NCBI GenBank assembly: GCA_963675495.1
Contig: OY776215.1
Coordinates: 1,024,001 to 1,088,000, forward strand
Reading direction: 5' to 3'
DNA from: an uncultured Methanolobus sp.
Lineage (GTDB): Archaea > Halobacteriota > Methanosarcinia > Methanosarcinales > Methanosarcinaceae
DNA length: 64,000 nucleotides
The notes beneath the pieces were generated by a model. It worked only from the letters and a program-made list of their open reading frames with translations. It made no database searches and was not told the DNA's origin. Positions 62,083 to 64,000 of the stretch are shown piece after piece. Made by a program: the position numbers and the translations under genes. How positions within the stretch are numbered: position 1 is the first letter of the stretch; every line of letters begins with the position of its first letter.

Positions 62083-62613
62083 ATGGTACGTCCGAGAAAA
62101 AGGAGAATGGTAAACTTCGAACATGATATAAGGCACTTTAGGCCATCAGATTCCTGCATTGAAAGTATGAACGAAGTGAACATTACTATTGATGAACTGG
62201 AATCATTACGATTAAGTTATCTTGAAAATATGAAACAGGATGATGCGGCTCAGAAGATGGAAGTACATCAGTCAACTTTTCAAAGGACGCTACGCAGAAC
62301 ACTGGAGAAAATATCAGACGCTCTGGTTAATGGAAAATCAATACGAGTAGAAGGAGGAAATTATACAATGCCAGGAAAGGATGGAACAGGACCAAGAGGA
62401 CAAGGATCGGTCGGTGGGCAAGGAAGAGGTCAAAGAGGACAGGGACAAAAGCGTGGACAAAGAGGAAACCGCAACGGCAATGTACCGGTATCGACCATAC
62501 CAGCAGGACAATGTAAATGTCCTGGCTGTGGTTACGAACAAGCCCATCAACCAGGAACCCCTTGTGCCCAGAACAATTGCCCTGAATGTGGAAAGGCCAT
62601 GATCAGGAAATGA
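62083..62613 (+). CDS. DUF134 HTH protein with Gly-rich linker and zinc ribbon
   Basis: RPRKRR, DELESLRL, AAQKMEVHQSTF; CKCPGCG..CPECG. Confidence 0.87.
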   Translation: MVRPRKRRMVNFEHDIRHFRPSDSCIESMNEVNITIDELESLRLSYLENMKQDDAAQKMEVHQSTFQRTLRRTLEKISDALVNGKSIRVEGGNYTMPGKDGTGPRGQGSVGGQGRGQRGQGQKRGQRGNRNGNVPVSTIPAGQCKCPGCGYEQAHQPGTPCAQNNCPECGKAMIRK

Positions 62614-62618
62614 TCTGA

Positions 62619-63599
62619 ATGAAAACAAGGATCGTCTACGGACCAATTCTTTCAAGGCGACTTGGAAGGTCACTTGGAATAGATATAATCAGAAAAGGTG
62701 AGTTCAAGAAGAACTGTAATTTCGACTGTGTCTACTGTCAGCTTGGACATGTGGATCATAAGATCTCAGACCCTTTGGAAGTTACAGGTCTTGTGAGAAC
62801 TGAAGAAGTAATTGACGCCATAACTAATTATCACAAAAAAGTAGATGACCTTGATTACATTACATTTTCAGGGACATGTGAACCTACATTGAATCTGGAA
62901 ATTGGTGATATGATCGATGAGATCAGAAAGATCAGTGATGTTCCCATTTGCGTTATAACGAATTCATCACTTGTGACCAGGGAGGATGTCAGAAACAATC
63001 TGTCAAAAGCAGATATTGTGGTTGCTACATTGGTCTCAGGAAACGAAGATACTTTCCAGTCCATCAACAGACCTGCAAAGGGAATTGAAGTTCAGGATAT
63101 CATCGAAGGACTCAAAGAATTACAGAAAATGAAAGGGGCAAAACTCGCCATAGAAGTTATGCTACTTGACTCAAATAATGGATACCTTACAAATTCAAGC
63201 GATCAAGAGGTCAATAAACTCATCGAAGTTCTCAGATCCATCGATCCGGATGAGATCGAGCTACTGACCACAAGCCGACCTCCTGCTGAAGATTTTATCA
63301 TCCCGGTAACGGAAAAAAGACTCAAGGAAATCGCACAGAAGTTTGATGAAGAACTGGGCAGGGAAAGGATCAAACTCGTACTTAAAGGCCTGAAAAGAAA
63401 AAGATCCAACATCAAACATGAAAACCTTACAAATGAAGTATATGACCTCATACTTAGAAGACCATGTACATTTAATCAAACAATACAATCTCTTGATATT
63501 GATAAAAATAATCTGCTGCCAATAATTGAAACTCTTCTCAGTGAGAAAAAGATAATAGAAATTGGCTCTGGAAAAGACTGTTATTATAGAGCAACATAA
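62619..63599 (+). CDS. radical SAM protein
   Basis: SRRLGRSLG, CNFDCVYC, EPTL. Confidence 0.9.
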   Translation: MKTRIVYGPILSRRLGRSLGIDIIRKGEFKKNCNFDCVYCQLGHVDHKISDPLEVTGLVRTEEVIDAITNYHKKVDDLDYITFSGTCEPTLNLEIGDMIDEIRKISDVPICVITNSSLVTREDVRNNLSKADIVVATLVSGNEDTFQSINRPAKGIEVQDIIEGLKELQKMKGAKLAIEVMLLDSNNGYLTNSSDQEVNKLIEVLRSIDPDEIELLTTSRPPAEDFIIPVTEKRLKEIAQKFDEELGRERIKLVLKGLKRKRSNIKHENLTNEVYDLILRRPCTFNQTIQSLDIDKNNLLPIIETLLSEKKIIEIGSGKDCYYRAT

Positions 63600-63697
63600 G
63601 TGTATTTTCTGGAAAAGTATGACACTGCTTTAAAGTGGTGTCAATATCTATTTTCATCTCAACATATTCCCCTAAAATGTGATAACAATATTTTTAA

Positions 63698-63988
63698 ATG
63701 TCTATTGCCTTGAAGCAAGACATGAATTTACAAAACTTGTTAAAACTAACAAGAGAAAAAATATACAGTTTTGCTATTTTGCTAGTTGGTTTAAGTTTAC
63801 CAAAAGTTGCTAATTTCTTTCTTACGGTTTTTGTCACAGGAACTTTTGGAACAGAAAAATATGTCGAATATTTAGCGTTTAGAACTAACAATGTCCCATT
63901 TATCCTAACTACGATTGTAGTTTATTGTGCATGGGTTTATTTGTTGGTTGCCATTATTGTAAATATTTGTAAAAAAACACCTGTGTAA
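63698..63988 (+). CDS. hypothetical membrane protein
   Basis: Two hydrophobic segments; AT-rich. Confidence 0.4.
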   Translation: MSIALKQDMNLQNLLKLTREKIYSFAILLVGLSLPKVANFFLTVFVTGTFGTEKYVEYLAFRTNNVPFILTTIVVYCAWVYLLVAIIVNICKKTPV

Positions 63989-64000
63989 ATTCCGATTAGT

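Overview
Chromosomal window from a methylotrophic methanogen of the Methanosarcinaceae (Methanococcoides/Methanolobus-like; inferred from gene content and protein style). 1-6222: conserved rpoA2-rpl30e-nusA-rps12-rps7-fusA-tuf-rps10 cluster. 6.4-11.5 kb: SQR-like flavoprotein with DUF1641, convergent with a corrinoid protein / atypical MT2-like protein / DUF1638 histidine kinase operon. 11.6-18.2 kb: sulfur-relay cluster (nadA, moaE, E1, SepCysS, HTH regulator, cysteine desulfurase, FdhD, SAMP) with five copies of a TTCACAATTGTGAA palindrome and a structured leader RNA. tRNA-Arg(CCG) at 20017 is followed by a probable degenerate island to ~33.4 kb (flavodoxins, Fe-S flavoproteins, bacterial-type ribBA and ycaQ, Msr-like regulator remnants, three TGTAC-N13-GTACA promoters). 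Further on: a ligand-less triple cupredoxin, monomeric IDH, decayed RHS toxin cassettes flanking a three-gene RHH-RHH-RelE module, an HxlR/Dsr-LP redox cluster, pyk and a large FAD/Fe-S oxidoreductase with a Met/Pro-rich tail. All calls come from reading the sequence and recognising motifs; no searches were run.
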